A stretch of DNA of 59,540 bases from Candidatus Omnitrophota bacterium (GTDB lineage Bacteria; Omnitrophota; Gorgyraeia; Gygaellales; Profunditerraquicolaceae): positions 1 to 59,540 of the forward strand of contig JAHIOW010000026.1 in the NCBI GenBank assembly GCA_018895075.1, read 5' to 3'. Position 1 is the stretch's first letter, and each line of letters begins with the position of its first letter. The translations under genes and the position numbers were made by a program. The notes below the pieces were generated by a model. The model worked only from the letters and a program-made list of their open reading frames with translations. It had not been told where the DNA came from and did not search any database. Positions 39,141-47,933 of this stretch are shown here, one piece after another.

Positions 39141-39866
39141 TTACATACTAAATTTCTCGCCCAAATATATCTCTCTGGCCTGAGGATTGCTGATTAGTTC
39201 ATCGGCAGTGCCGGAAATAAGGATTCTGCCATCAGCTATTAAATAAGCACGGTCAGTTATTGAAAGTGTCTCCCGGACATTATGGTCGGTAAGTAAGATT
39301 CCCAGGCCTTTTTCTTTTAGTTCTCTGATAATCTCCTGCGCCTCGTTGACCACAATGGGGTCTATCCCGGAAAAAGGTTCATCCAAAAGTATACAGGACG
39401 GGTTAGTAACTAATGCCCGGGTAATCTCTAAACGCCTTCTTTCGCCTCCGGATAATGTATAGGCCTTGTTTTTAGCCAGGCGCGAGATATTCAGTTCCTC
39501 AAGAAGACTCCCCAGCCTGCGTTTTCTTTCGGTCCGGCTTATATCTAACGTCTCTAAGATGGCCATGATATTCTCTTCTACGCTAAGTTTCCTAAAAATA
39601 GAGGGCTCCTGAGAAAGATAGCCTATGCCATATCGGGCACGTTCATGAATACCTAAACTTGTTATATCCTGATCACCAAACATAATCTTGCCCTTATTAG
39701 GAGGGACAATACCTACGACCATATAAAAGGTGGTAGTTTTACCTGCGCCGTTAGGCCCAAGCAGGCCGACAATCTCGCCGCGCTTGACTGTCAAATCCAC
39801 GCCCTTGACTACCTGCCTGCCATCATAAGATTTACACAGCTCTTTAATTTCCAAAAGATGCATCAA
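39141..39866 (-). CDS. lptB: LPS export ABC transporter ATPase
   Basis: Walker A GPNGAGKTT, signature LSGGERRR, Walker B ILLDEP. Confidence 0.93.
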   Translation of the reverse strand: MMHLLEIKELCKSYDGRQVVKGVDLTVKRGEIVGLLGPNGAGKTTTFYMVVGIVPPNKGKIMFGDQDITSLGIHERARYGIGYLSQEPSIFRKLSVEENIMAILETLDISRTERKRRLGSLLEELNISRLAKNKAYTLSGGERRRLEITRALVTNPSCILLDEPFSGIDPIVVNEAQEIIRELKEKGLGILLTDHNVRETLSITDRAYLIADGRILISGTADELISNPQAREIYLGEKFSM

Positions 39867-40752
39867 GGTCCTCCGTGGAAGATATGATCAATTTAGGTCT
39901 TCCTACAAGCGTAATCCTTTTATCTAAGGCGCTATAAACTGCCTCATCACTATAAGAGATATTATCGCCTCTGGTAATCTTAACATTGCCCCGCGCAATA
40001 ATTTTCTCAATGCTACTACCCATAAGAGTGGGTGTCTGGCCGGATTCGCTTGTATCTTTACTTGTATCCTCATCAGACATAGTAAAATAGACATCCATAA
40101 TATCGCAATCAATCCCTATAGTTTGACTATCTACATTAACATTATTATTAAATACAGCCACATTTTTCTCATAATCTATCTGGAGTGGCCCGTCGCAGGT
40201 AATAATCGTCTTATTTCTATCCAGCATCCCTGATTGCCCCTGGTTCTTAATGCTGCTGACCTCTACAGTGACGTCTTTCTCCAAAGTCACTTTATTTAAA
40301 TCAGGTTGCCCTGTAGCGCCGGAGGCAGTGCTAAATAAATTATCTTTTTCTATATTGACTACATCTTTTGTGGTAACTATCTTATTTTTCCTGTCCCAGT
40401 CTAAAGAATCCGTGGTCAGCCTGGCGCCTGAGGAGCTAGTGATGATCACATTTTGCTCTAAATGCACCTTGCCTTCTATCTTATCAAAATCGCCTCTATC
40501 GGCCGTAAGGTTGACATCCTCTTTTTCCTCGTAAATATTACCTATTATGTCTTTAAGTTTTACGACTTCGGTAAATATATCCGCGGATTTAGCTGAAAGG
40601 TCCCAGGTCTTTTTGCCTTTATCGCCGTAGCCGGCCAGTGAAAAATCATTGATCTGCTGATCCGCTTCTTGAAGGTTTTCTTGTCCTCGCGCTTCTAAAA
40701 CAAAAACCATCAGGAATACAAAACTAAAAACTAATCCGCACCTTTTAAACAT
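39844..40752 (-). CDS. OstA/LptA-family periplasmic LPS-transport protein, possibly a combined LptC/LptA
   Basis: N-terminal hydrophobic anchor/signal, repetitive beta-jellyroll-like OstA sequence. Occupies the lptC-lptA slot between kdsC and lptB. Confidence 0.65.
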   Translation of the reverse strand: MFKRCGLVFSFVFLMVFVLEARGQENLQEADQQINDFSLAGYGDKGKKTWDLSAKSADIFTEVVKLKDIIGNIYEEKEDVNLTADRGDFDKIEGKVHLEQNVIITSSSGARLTTDSLDWDRKNKIVTTKDVVNIEKDNLFSTASGATGQPDLNKVTLEKDVTVEVSSIKNQGQSGMLDRNKTIITCDGPLQIDYEKNVAVFNNNVNVDSQTIGIDCDIMDVYFTMSDEDTSKDTSESGQTPTLMGSSIEKIIARGNVKITRGDNISYSDEAVYSALDKRITLVGRPKLIISSTEDLDASFGN

Positions 40753-41272
40753 TATAAAGTCCCACCATCTCTTTCCATCTTCCTTTAGCCTTGAGGATTA
40801 ACTCTGCAACCTCGCGCACCGCGCCCCTGCCGCCTTCTCTGGCGGTAATATAGTGGCTGGCCTGTTTAATATCGGCTACAGCATTAAATACCGCTATCGC
40901 AAGACCTGCTCTCTTCATCAGGCACAGGTCTACAAGATCATCTCCCACAAAACAAACCTCATCCATAGCCACCTTGTGCCTTTTTAAGATTTTTTCTAGA
41001 ACCGCACTCTTGGGAGAGATATTCTCAAATACTGCCTCCACCTGCATATCTCTGGCGCGGGGCCTGATTGCCCGCGAACCCTTGGCAGTGATCAGGACGG
41101 TCTTTATTCCTGCCTTTTTTAAAAGATACACCCCTAATCCGTCGTGGACATCAAAAAATTTCATATCGCATCCCCGACAATCATATATTATCCTGCCGTC
41201 GGTCAATACGCCATCTACGTCTAAGATTAAAAGTTTTATTTTCTTTGCCTTATTTAATATAGATTCTTCCAT
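40745..41272 (-). CDS. kdsC: 3-deoxy-D-manno-octulosonate 8-phosphate phosphatase
   Basis: HAD motif LILDVDGVLTDG; 175 aa. Confidence 0.9.
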   Translation of the reverse strand: MEESILNKAKKIKLLILDVDGVLTDGRIIYDCRGCDMKFFDVHDGLGVYLLKKAGIKTVLITAKGSRAIRPRARDMQVEAVFENISPKSAVLEKILKRHKVAMDEVCFVGDDLVDLCLMKRAGLAIAVFNAVADIKQASHYITAREGGRGAVREVAELILKAKGRWKEMVGLYNV

Positions 41273-41274
41273 GA

Positions 41275-42237
41275 TTACACTAACCCTGCCTTTAATAAAT
41301 CCTGCACATCTAAAAGGCCCAGGGGCCGGCCATTTCTGTCCACCACCGGCACCTCATCAATCTTTTTCTCCTGTAATATCCGCATCGCCTCTTGAGCCAG
41401 CATTGCCGGCCTTACGGTTGTGGGATTCTTGGTCATTGCCTCTTTGACTTTACGCTGGGCGAGATTGGAGTCTATCTCCATGTGCCGGCGTAAATCGCCA
41501 TCAGTAAAGATACCCACCAGTTTCCCCTTTTTATTTACTATGGAAGCGCTCCCTGCCCGGGCCCGGGTAATCTTAAACAAGACTTCTGAGACTTTTTTCT
41601 CTTGCCCAACCACAGGATTAGCCGCTCCCTTGCGCATAATATCTTCTACTTTTAAAAGCAGCCTTTTACCTAAAAGGCCTCCCGGATGATAAAAGGCGAA
41701 ATCTTTTTCTTTAAAACCTTTTAACTCTAAAAGGCAGACTGCCAATGCATCTGACATGGCCAGCATGGCAGTAGTAGAAGTGGTAGGGGCTAACCCTAAA
41801 GGACAGGCCTCTTTTTTTACATATGTATTTAAGACCGCATCGCTGTAACGCGCCAGGATAGAGGTAATATTACCGGTGATGGCAATGATCTTTGCGCCTA
41901 TCTTCTTTAATAGAGGCAATAATTTTTTAATCTCATCCGTCTGCCCGCTATTGGATATAATTATTACCATGTCCTCTTTGGTTACCCTGCCTAAATCACC
42001 GTGTATAGCTTCTGCGGAATGTAAAAATAAACTCGGTGTCCCGGTAGAAGAGAGTGTGGCGGATAGCTTCTGGCCGATAATCCCTGCCTTACCCATCCCA
42101 CTTACTACTACTCTGCCTCGAGAGGCTAAAATAAGCTGTATTGCCTTCTGAAAAGAACGATTTATATTCTTTTTAAGGCCCATGATTGCCTCAGACTCAA
42201 TATCTAAAACCTCTCTTGCGCGCTTGATTACATTCAT
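41275..42237 (-). CDS. kdsD: Arabinose-5-phosphate isomerase (SIS plus tandem CBS)
   Basis: SIS motif GMGKAG; C-terminal CBS pair. Confidence 0.92.
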   Translation of the reverse strand: MNVIKRAREVLDIESEAIMGLKKNINRSFQKAIQLILASRGRVVVSGMGKAGIIGQKLSATLSSTGTPSLFLHSAEAIHGDLGRVTKEDMVIIISNSGQTDEIKKLLPLLKKIGAKIIAITGNITSILARYSDAVLNTYVKKEACPLGLAPTTSTTAMLAMSDALAVCLLELKGFKEKDFAFYHPGGLLGKRLLLKVEDIMRKGAANPVVGQEKKVSEVLFKITRARAGSASIVNKKGKLVGIFTDGDLRRHMEIDSNLAQRKVKEAMTKNPTTVRPAMLAQEAMRILQEKKIDEVPVVDRNGRPLGLLDVQDLLKAGLV

Positions 42238-43070
42238 GTCGCTTTACCAGCTCCATAAGTTATGGCTTCATTTATTTTTTTAACCTGTTTTAAAAGTTCC
42301 TCTAATTCCTTTAAGTTAACCATATTCTGGCTATCGGATAATGCCTTATCCGGTTGAAGATGGACCTCTAAAAACAGGCCATCGCAACCAAAGGCTACTG
42401 CTGCCCGTGAAAGCCCTGAAACAAATTCACGCTGCCCGCCCGAAGAGGCGCCTCTACCGCCGGGCAGCTGCACACTATGCGTAGCATCATAAATAACCGG
42501 ATAACCAAACTCTCTTATAATACCCAGACTCCTGAAATCTGAAACTAAATTATTGTAACCAAAAGAGGTCCCGCGTTCGGTAATCAAGATTTTTTTATTG
42601 CCTGTGGATTCTGCTTTACGAATTATAGGCAGGATATCCCGGGGCGCTAAGAATTGGCCCTTTTTAATATTGATTATCCTGCCTGTTTTGGCTGCGGCAA
42701 CCACGATATCAGTCTGCCGGCATAAAAACGCCGGTATCTGGATTATATCCAAAACTTTTTTTGCCTCTTCAATCTCTTCGCAACAATGAATATCAGATAA
42801 TACAGGGACCTTTATCTTCTGTTTTATCTTATTAAGTACCTCCAGGCCTTTTTTCAGGCCCGGCCCGCGATAAGAATCTATGGAAAGCCGGTTTGCCTTA
42901 TCAAAACTGGATTTAAAAATAAAGGGAATGCCTAATCTGTGCGTAATCTCTTTTATCCTTTTTGCAGTCTCTAAACAATTTATCTCGGATTCAATCACGC
43001 AAGGGCCGGCAATCAAAATTAGCGGGCTGCCACCGCCGATCTTAATCTTACCCAGTCTAATCTGCGGCAT
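42234..43070 (-). CDS. kdsA: 3-deoxy-8-phosphooctulonate synthase
   Basis: KSSFDKANR and DATHSVQLPGG motifs. Confidence 0.94.
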   Translation of the reverse strand: MPQIRLGKIKIGGGSPLILIAGPCVIESEINCLETAKRIKEITHRLGIPFIFKSSFDKANRLSIDSYRGPGLKKGLEVLNKIKQKIKVPVLSDIHCCEEIEEAKKVLDIIQIPAFLCRQTDIVVAAAKTGRIINIKKGQFLAPRDILPIIRKAESTGNKKILITERGTSFGYNNLVSDFRSLGIIREFGYPVIYDATHSVQLPGGRGASSGGQREFVSGLSRAAVAFGCDGLFLEVHLQPDKALSDSQNMVNLKELEELLKQVKKINEAITYGAGKAT

Positions 43071-43809
43071 TATCTTGCCTCTTTCTTAAATATTCTTTTA
43101 CCTTTTCTAAATCCTCGGGGGTATCTACGCCAAGGGTGTCATATTTGGTCTCAATAACCTTGATGCGAAAACCTGCTTCTAAAATCCTCAGTTGTTCCAA
43201 GCATTCTATTTTCTCTAATTCGGAAACGGACAAATTTTTATAGGTAAACAGAAAATCCTTTGTGTAACCGTATAGGCCGATGTGTTTGTAATAAACTCCG
43301 GATTCGGCTTTAGAATTTTGCGCCCTAAAAGGAATTGCTGCCCGGGAAAAATAAAGTGCGAAATTATCTTTATCCACCACCACCTTAACCACATTAGGGT
43401 CTTCTATGTCTTGGGGATTTTCTATCTTCCTCATCAGGGTGGCTATGGAGAGGGATTTATCATCTAATAATGCCTGGGCCAGGGTATCAATCATCACCGG
43501 ATGAATCAATGGCTCATCGGCCTGGATATTTATTACTATTTTTACATCTATGGGGTTTACCACTTCGCTAATCCTGTCCGAGCCAGAACCGTGACCCTGG
43601 GCAGTTAAAATAACCTTGGCCCCAAACTCCCTGGCTATATTAGCTACCCTTTCATCATCGCAGGCAATAATTAAATCATCTAAAAGAAAGGCCTCTTTTG
43701 CCCGTTCCCAGACGTGTTGTAACATGGGCCTGCCTAAGATATCCGCCAGGACCTTACCCTCAAATCTACTCGAGGAATACCTTGCGGGTATTACTCCGAT
43801 AACATCCAT
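43057..43809 (-). CDS. kdsB: 3-deoxy-manno-octulosonate cytidylyltransferase
   Basis: IPARYSSSRFEGK N-terminus; 250 aa. Confidence 0.93.
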   Translation of the reverse strand: MDVIGVIPARYSSSRFEGKVLADILGRPMLQHVWERAKEAFLLDDLIIACDDERVANIAREFGAKVILTAQGHGSGSDRISEVVNPIDVKIVINIQADEPLIHPVMIDTLAQALLDDKSLSIATLMRKIENPQDIEDPNVVKVVVDKDNFALYFSRAAIPFRAQNSKAESGVYYKHIGLYGYTKDFLFTYKNLSVSELEKIECLEQLRILEAGFRIKVIETKYDTLGVDTPEDLEKVKEYLRKRQDNAAD

Positions 43810-43851
43810 CTTCCCTCACCTGTTTTGTAACCCTAAGCAATCAAATGGGTT

Positions 43852-44895
43852 CTATCTACTCAGGGTGTCACCTTGGGGAGCGTCCCCAATTCTTTGCAGA
43901 AGTTCTTTCCTGGTAACCACAGCTGTGCCTACCTTGCCTACTACAATACCCGCGGCAAAGTTAGCCAGGTGTGCTGCCTTGAGTTTCGCTGTTGTACAAC
44001 AAAGTCCTAATGTAAAAGCGCTTATTACCGTATCTCCTGCTCCGGAGACATCAAAAACCTCCTGGGCAACCGTGGGTATATGCTTCATGCGGCCATCTTT
44101 CTCAAAAAGTTTCATCCCCTGTTCACCCAGAGTCACCAGCATCGAATCTAATTCTAAATATTTAAGGATCTGAAATGCTGCGGAATCAATGTCTTGGTCG
44201 GTAAATAATCTGTCGTTATTTAATTGGAATCTATTCGTAGTGTCCTTAATCTTTAGGTTCCTTATCGCGTTTTCCAGTTCCTTGCGATTGGGGGTAATGG
44301 AAGTAACCCCGCGATAATATTGAAAATGCTCTTCTTTAGGGTCAACGGTGATAATCTTTTTGTGCTCATGCGCCAAGGAAATAAGTCTTTCCAGCAAATA
44401 CATATTGATTACGCCCTTGCCGTAATCCTCAATAACAATAGCATCAAACCCATCTATATTTTTTTGGATAAACCTGATAATCTTTTGGTTTAATTCTTTA
44501 GGAAGCGCGTCCGTGTGTTCCCAGTCAACCCTGACTACCTGCTGGTGCCCGGCAATGATGCGTGTTTTTAGCGTGGTGTGTCTTTTAGGCTCGATAAAGA
44601 TGCCTTTAGTATTTATCCTGCTTTTGCGCAATTGCGCAAATAAAATGTCGGTATTCTCGTCTTTGCCGCTAACCCCCACTAAACAAACTTCTCCATCAAG
44701 TGAACGGATGTTATTGGCTGCATTAGCCGCGCCTCCCGGCAGATAAGTCCTTTTCTTCGCCCAGATTACCGGCACAGGCGCCTCAGGCGAGATTCTATCC
44801 ACGTCACCCCAGATGTATCCATCCAGAATCAAATCTCCTACAACCAATATCTTGGCCTGAGGAAATTTTTTTACTATCGCCCTTAGTCCCTTCAT
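43852..44895 (-). CDS. hldA: D-glycero-beta-D-manno-heptose-7-phosphate kinase (RfaE domain I / PfkB family only; no adenylyltransferase domain)
   Basis: PfkB motifs (GGAANAA; DVSGAGDTV). About 347 aa with no domain II. The last ~13 codons lie in a 30-bp dispersed repeat. Confidence 0.8.
   Translation of the reverse strand: MKGLRAIVKKFPQAKILVVGDLILDGYIWGDVDRISPEAPVPVIWAKKRTYLPGGAANAANNIRSLDGEVCLVGVSGKDENTDILFAQLRKSRINTKGIFIEPKRHTTLKTRIIAGHQQVVRVDWEHTDALPKELNQKIIRFIQKNIDGFDAIVIEDYGKGVINMYLLERLISLAHEHKKIITVDPKEEHFQYYRGVTSITPNRKELENAIRNLKIKDTTNRFQLNNDRLFTDQDIDSAAFQILKYLELDSMLVTLGEQGMKLFEKDGRMKHIPTVAQEVFDVSGAGDTVISAFTLGLCCTTAKLKAAHLANFAAGIVVGKVGTAVVTRKELLQRIGDAPQGDTLSR
43862..43891. repeat. 30-bp element AGGGTGTCACCTTGGGGAGCGTCCCCAATT (type C)
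   Basis: 29/30 identical to 16289..16318. Forms the 3' coding end of the heptose kinase gene. Confidence 0.9.
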
Positions 44896-45821
44896 AGCTT
44901 TTCTATTATCGCCTGGGCGAGCAAGGGAAACATTATCTCATGATGGCCAATAATATAATAACCCTTTCCGCCGCTCATTACCGGACGAGACACAACATTT
45001 TGCAGGGGCCGATAATGATAGATCATATCAAAATTGGCAGTCACAAAGTCTTTGACTTTATCGCCTAAATTACGGGCTAAATTCAGGGCCTTTAAAAATA
45101 CCTCTGGCAGTATTACTGCAGAACCAAAATTTAATGCCACCCCCCCATTATTCAACCTGGATATATTTTCTACGAGCATCTGAAAATCCCTCAGGCTTCC
45201 TTCGCCGGTAAGCGCGGCATCAAAAGACGGATGCTGGTGTATAACGTCTGTGCCAATAGCCACGAAAACACAAAGCGGAATTTTATGTTGATAGGCCTGA
45301 TAAAGGATACTTAAATTCTTATAGCGTAATTTAGAACCGGAGATTTTATGGGCTACGGCATAGCCTAATCCCCGGCCATCCAGCACCCCTTCTTTTACTG
45401 CGTTATTTAAAAATTCCGCGGTTTCGCGGCACATTCCAAACCTACCATCGTTTAAGTTCTTACCCACATCCTCGGAAGTCCGGCCGCTAAAGGCAATCTC
45501 AAAATCATGGATTATACCTGCGCCATTTAAACAAATACAGGTAATGATTTTCTTTTTTATAAGTTCTATCAATACCGGGTTAAGGCCGGATTTTATCACA
45601 TGGGCGCCAAGCATAAAAATAACCGGCTTCTTTCTTTTATGGGCCCGAACAACCGCCTCGACTATAGCCTCTAGCTCTTTTGCTTTTAATAGGTTAGGTA
45701 AACAGTTGTAGAAACTTAAAAAACTTCTCTTACGCAGGGGCGCACGGGCAAAATCCTTAGCCCCTACTTTGCTATGCCTTTTTCTCATCGAATATGTCTT
45801 TACCTTATTTATATCTATCAT
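44892..45821 (-). CDS. Deoxyhypusine-synthase-like (DHS-fold) protein of unknown function, apparently lacking the catalytic Lys
   Basis: By-eye alignment to eukaryotic DHS at three segments. LGAHVIKSGL..LNGAGIIHD matches LGYTSNLISSG..TTAGGVEED. HKIPLCVFVAIGTD matches NHIPVFSPALTDG. FGSAVILPE sits where GGGVVKHH is. An ATG at 45821 is preferred over the TTG at 45833. Confidence 0.55.
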   Translation of the reverse strand: MIDINKVKTYSMRKRHSKVGAKDFARAPLRKRSFLSFYNCLPNLLKAKELEAIVEAVVRAHKRKKPVIFMLGAHVIKSGLNPVLIELIKKKIITCICLNGAGIIHDFEIAFSGRTSEDVGKNLNDGRFGMCRETAEFLNNAVKEGVLDGRGLGYAVAHKISGSKLRYKNLSILYQAYQHKIPLCVFVAIGTDVIHQHPSFDAALTGEGSLRDFQMLVENISRLNNGGVALNFGSAVILPEVFLKALNLARNLGDKVKDFVTANFDMIYHYRPLQNVVSRPVMSGGKGYYIIGHHEIMFPLLAQAIIEKL

Positions 45822-45875
45822 CCGAATTGACAATTATAGCATAAATCATAGCCAAATCAACTTGTATTTATTAAA

Positions 45876-45903
45876 GGGACTCCTCCCCGAAGGGGACTGT
45901 CCC
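45876..45903. repeat. GGGACTCCTCCCC-GAA-GGGGACTGTCCC (type B)
   Basis: Copy of 3611..3637, just 3' of the GT9-GT9 gene. Confidence 0.85.
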
Positions 45904-45914
45904 TGAATCTATAT

Positions 45915-47933
45915 CTATGCTAAAATTGAATCCGCTGCCCTTAAGACGTCTTCTACGGTTATGGCCTTAAGGCAAAGGAATTCTTTAACACAGTTGTGCG
46001 CCAGGCATTTGATGCAACCTACTTCTTTATGTAAGAACCGGTCGTTTTTTCCCGACGGCCCCCAGCGGGCGGGGCTTAGGCCTCTCTGGTTCCTGCCGAA
46101 AATAGAAATTACAGGAACGCCCACGCTTGAGGCAATATGTACCGGGCCAGAATCATTAGAGATAAATAAACTGCATCTCTTCAGCACGCTGGCTAATTGG
46201 CTAACTGAAGTCCTTGCGGCAAGATTAACCGCCGGCTGATGCATATCTTTGAGTACCTGCGAGGCCTTTATCTCGTCGCTAGAGCCGGCAATAATCAAAA
46301 CCTTAAAACCGTATTTTTCTATTAACCTGTCTGCGGCTTCAGCAAATCTCTTTGGCGGCCAGACCTTAGATATACAGCTTGCGCCCGGATGAATAGCTAA
46401 TAATTTATCGGATTTATTTATACCTTTCTGTGCAAATAATTGGTCTAACCACTCTTCTGACTCTGGCCTTATAGGCATAAACAGTTCTTTATCTGCGGGC
46501 TGAATACCTAGATATCTAACCAGGTCCAAATTGTATTCTAATTCGTGTTTACGGCCTGATTGTTTGGTGTGTTTTACCTTATCAGTAAGCAAGAATCCAA
46601 ATTTGCGGTTGTAACCTATCCTCTGCTGTATACCCGCAAAAAAGGTTACCAGATGTACGCGGTTTGCAGGATGAAGGATAAGCGCCAAATCAAACCTTTT
46701 TTTCTTTAGCTGATGAGCAAATTTAAGGGTCCCATACCAACTTTTATGTTTACCATTTTTATCGTAAATTATCACCTCATCCAAATAGGAATTACCTTCT
46801 ATTATCTCTCTGGCATAAGGGCCAACCATCATCGCTATCAAGGCGCAAGGGTACTCCTGCCTTAATGCCTTAATGACCGGAGTAGACAAAAGGACATCTC
46901 CGATTCTATCTGTGCGCACAATAAGAATACGTTTAAACTTGCTTTCGTAATTGGTAATTGGTAATTGGTAATTGGTAACTAACAACCTTCTAACTGCTGT
47001 TAATACATCCTCTACCTTTATCAGCTTCATACAGTCAAGGGTTCTGAATCTACACTGCGCCTTCTGGCAAGGCCGGCAGAAGATTTCCTTTTTCACCACC
47101 GCAAAATTATCTGACCATGGCCTGTATTTTCTCTCATTTGTCGGCCCGAACACCGCCACAACGCCAATATTTAAATAACTACCCAGATGTAATACTGCGC
47201 TATCATTAGTAATCAATAGTTTTGCCTTTTTTAGCAATGCCGCTAATTGCAATAGATTAGTTTTATTACAGAGATTCAAAATCTGCCCGGAGCATTTTTC
47301 TTTTATATACGCCGCTGTATCCCCATCTGCCTCCTCGCCCACCAATATAATTTTTGTATCTCTATTTTCTAAAAGACACTTACAAAGCCGGACAAATTTT
47401 TCTTTATCCCATCTTTTGATATGGCTCCTTGCCCCGGGTGAAACAACAACTATACTATCTTGCCCGGTTATATTATTTTCTTTTAATATTTGATTAATGT
47501 ATTCTTCATCTTCTGGCTTAATATTTAAACAGCTTTGCGCTTTGCCTGCTTTCGCGCTTTGCGCTCTATAAAGGTGCCTGTCCCTCATGTGTTCTATATT
47601 ATTAGGGGCAATCCGAAAAGGCGAAGTCCTGTATCTGGCAGGCAGAAACACGCCAAAAAGGCTGTTGCGCAAATCAACAACCATATCAAAATTTTCTTTT
47701 TTTAATTCTCTAAATAATCTTATCTTCTCCGTCAATCTTGCATGTTTATCATAAATAATGAGTTTATCTATACAGGGATTACCCTGGAATATCTCTTTTG
47801 GCCGCGGGCCTACTAAAACTGTAACCTTACTCTGCGGGAATTTTTCTCTTAAAGAATCTAAAACCGGCAAAGTCAGGATAACATCGCCTATATTGCTTAA
47901 GGTGATAAATAAAATCTTATTCGGTTTTGACAA
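45915..47933 (-). CDS. Tandem double GT9 (heptosyltransferase-family) glycosyltransferase fusion
   Basis: Two complete GT9 units, each starting K(I/R)ILxxxxxxIGDVxLxxPV and ending VEDVL..., joined by a heptamer-repeat-encoded linker. Confidence 0.85.
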   Translation of the reverse strand: MSKPNKILFITLSNIGDVILTLPVLDSLREKFPQSKVTVLVGPRPKEIFQGNPCIDKLIIYDKHARLTEKIRLFRELKKENFDMVVDLRNSLFGVFLPARYRTSPFRIAPNNIEHMRDRHLYRAQSAKAGKAQSCLNIKPEDEEYINQILKENNITGQDSIVVVSPGARSHIKRWDKEKFVRLCKCLLENRDTKIILVGEEADGDTAAYIKEKCSGQILNLCNKTNLLQLAALLKKAKLLITNDSAVLHLGSYLNIGVVAVFGPTNERKYRPWSDNFAVVKKEIFCRPCQKAQCRFRTLDCMKLIKVEDVLTAVRRLLVTNYQLPITNYESKFKRILIVRTDRIGDVLLSTPVIKALRQEYPCALIAMMVGPYAREIIEGNSYLDEVIIYDKNGKHKSWYGTLKFAHQLKKKRFDLALILHPANRVHLVTFFAGIQQRIGYNRKFGFLLTDKVKHTKQSGRKHELEYNLDLVRYLGIQPADKELFMPIRPESEEWLDQLFAQKGINKSDKLLAIHPGASCISKVWPPKRFAEAADRLIEKYGFKVLIIAGSSDEIKASQVLKDMHQPAVNLAARTSVSQLASVLKRCSLFISNDSGPVHIASSVGVPVISIFGRNQRGLSPARWGPSGKNDRFLHKEVGCIKCLAHNCVKEFLCLKAITVEDVLRAADSILA
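46947..46981. repeat. Heptamer array (GTAATTG)x4-GTAACTA forming the inter-domain linker of the GT9-GT9 fusion
   Basis: Counted directly; encodes VTNYQLPITNY. Confidence 0.9.
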
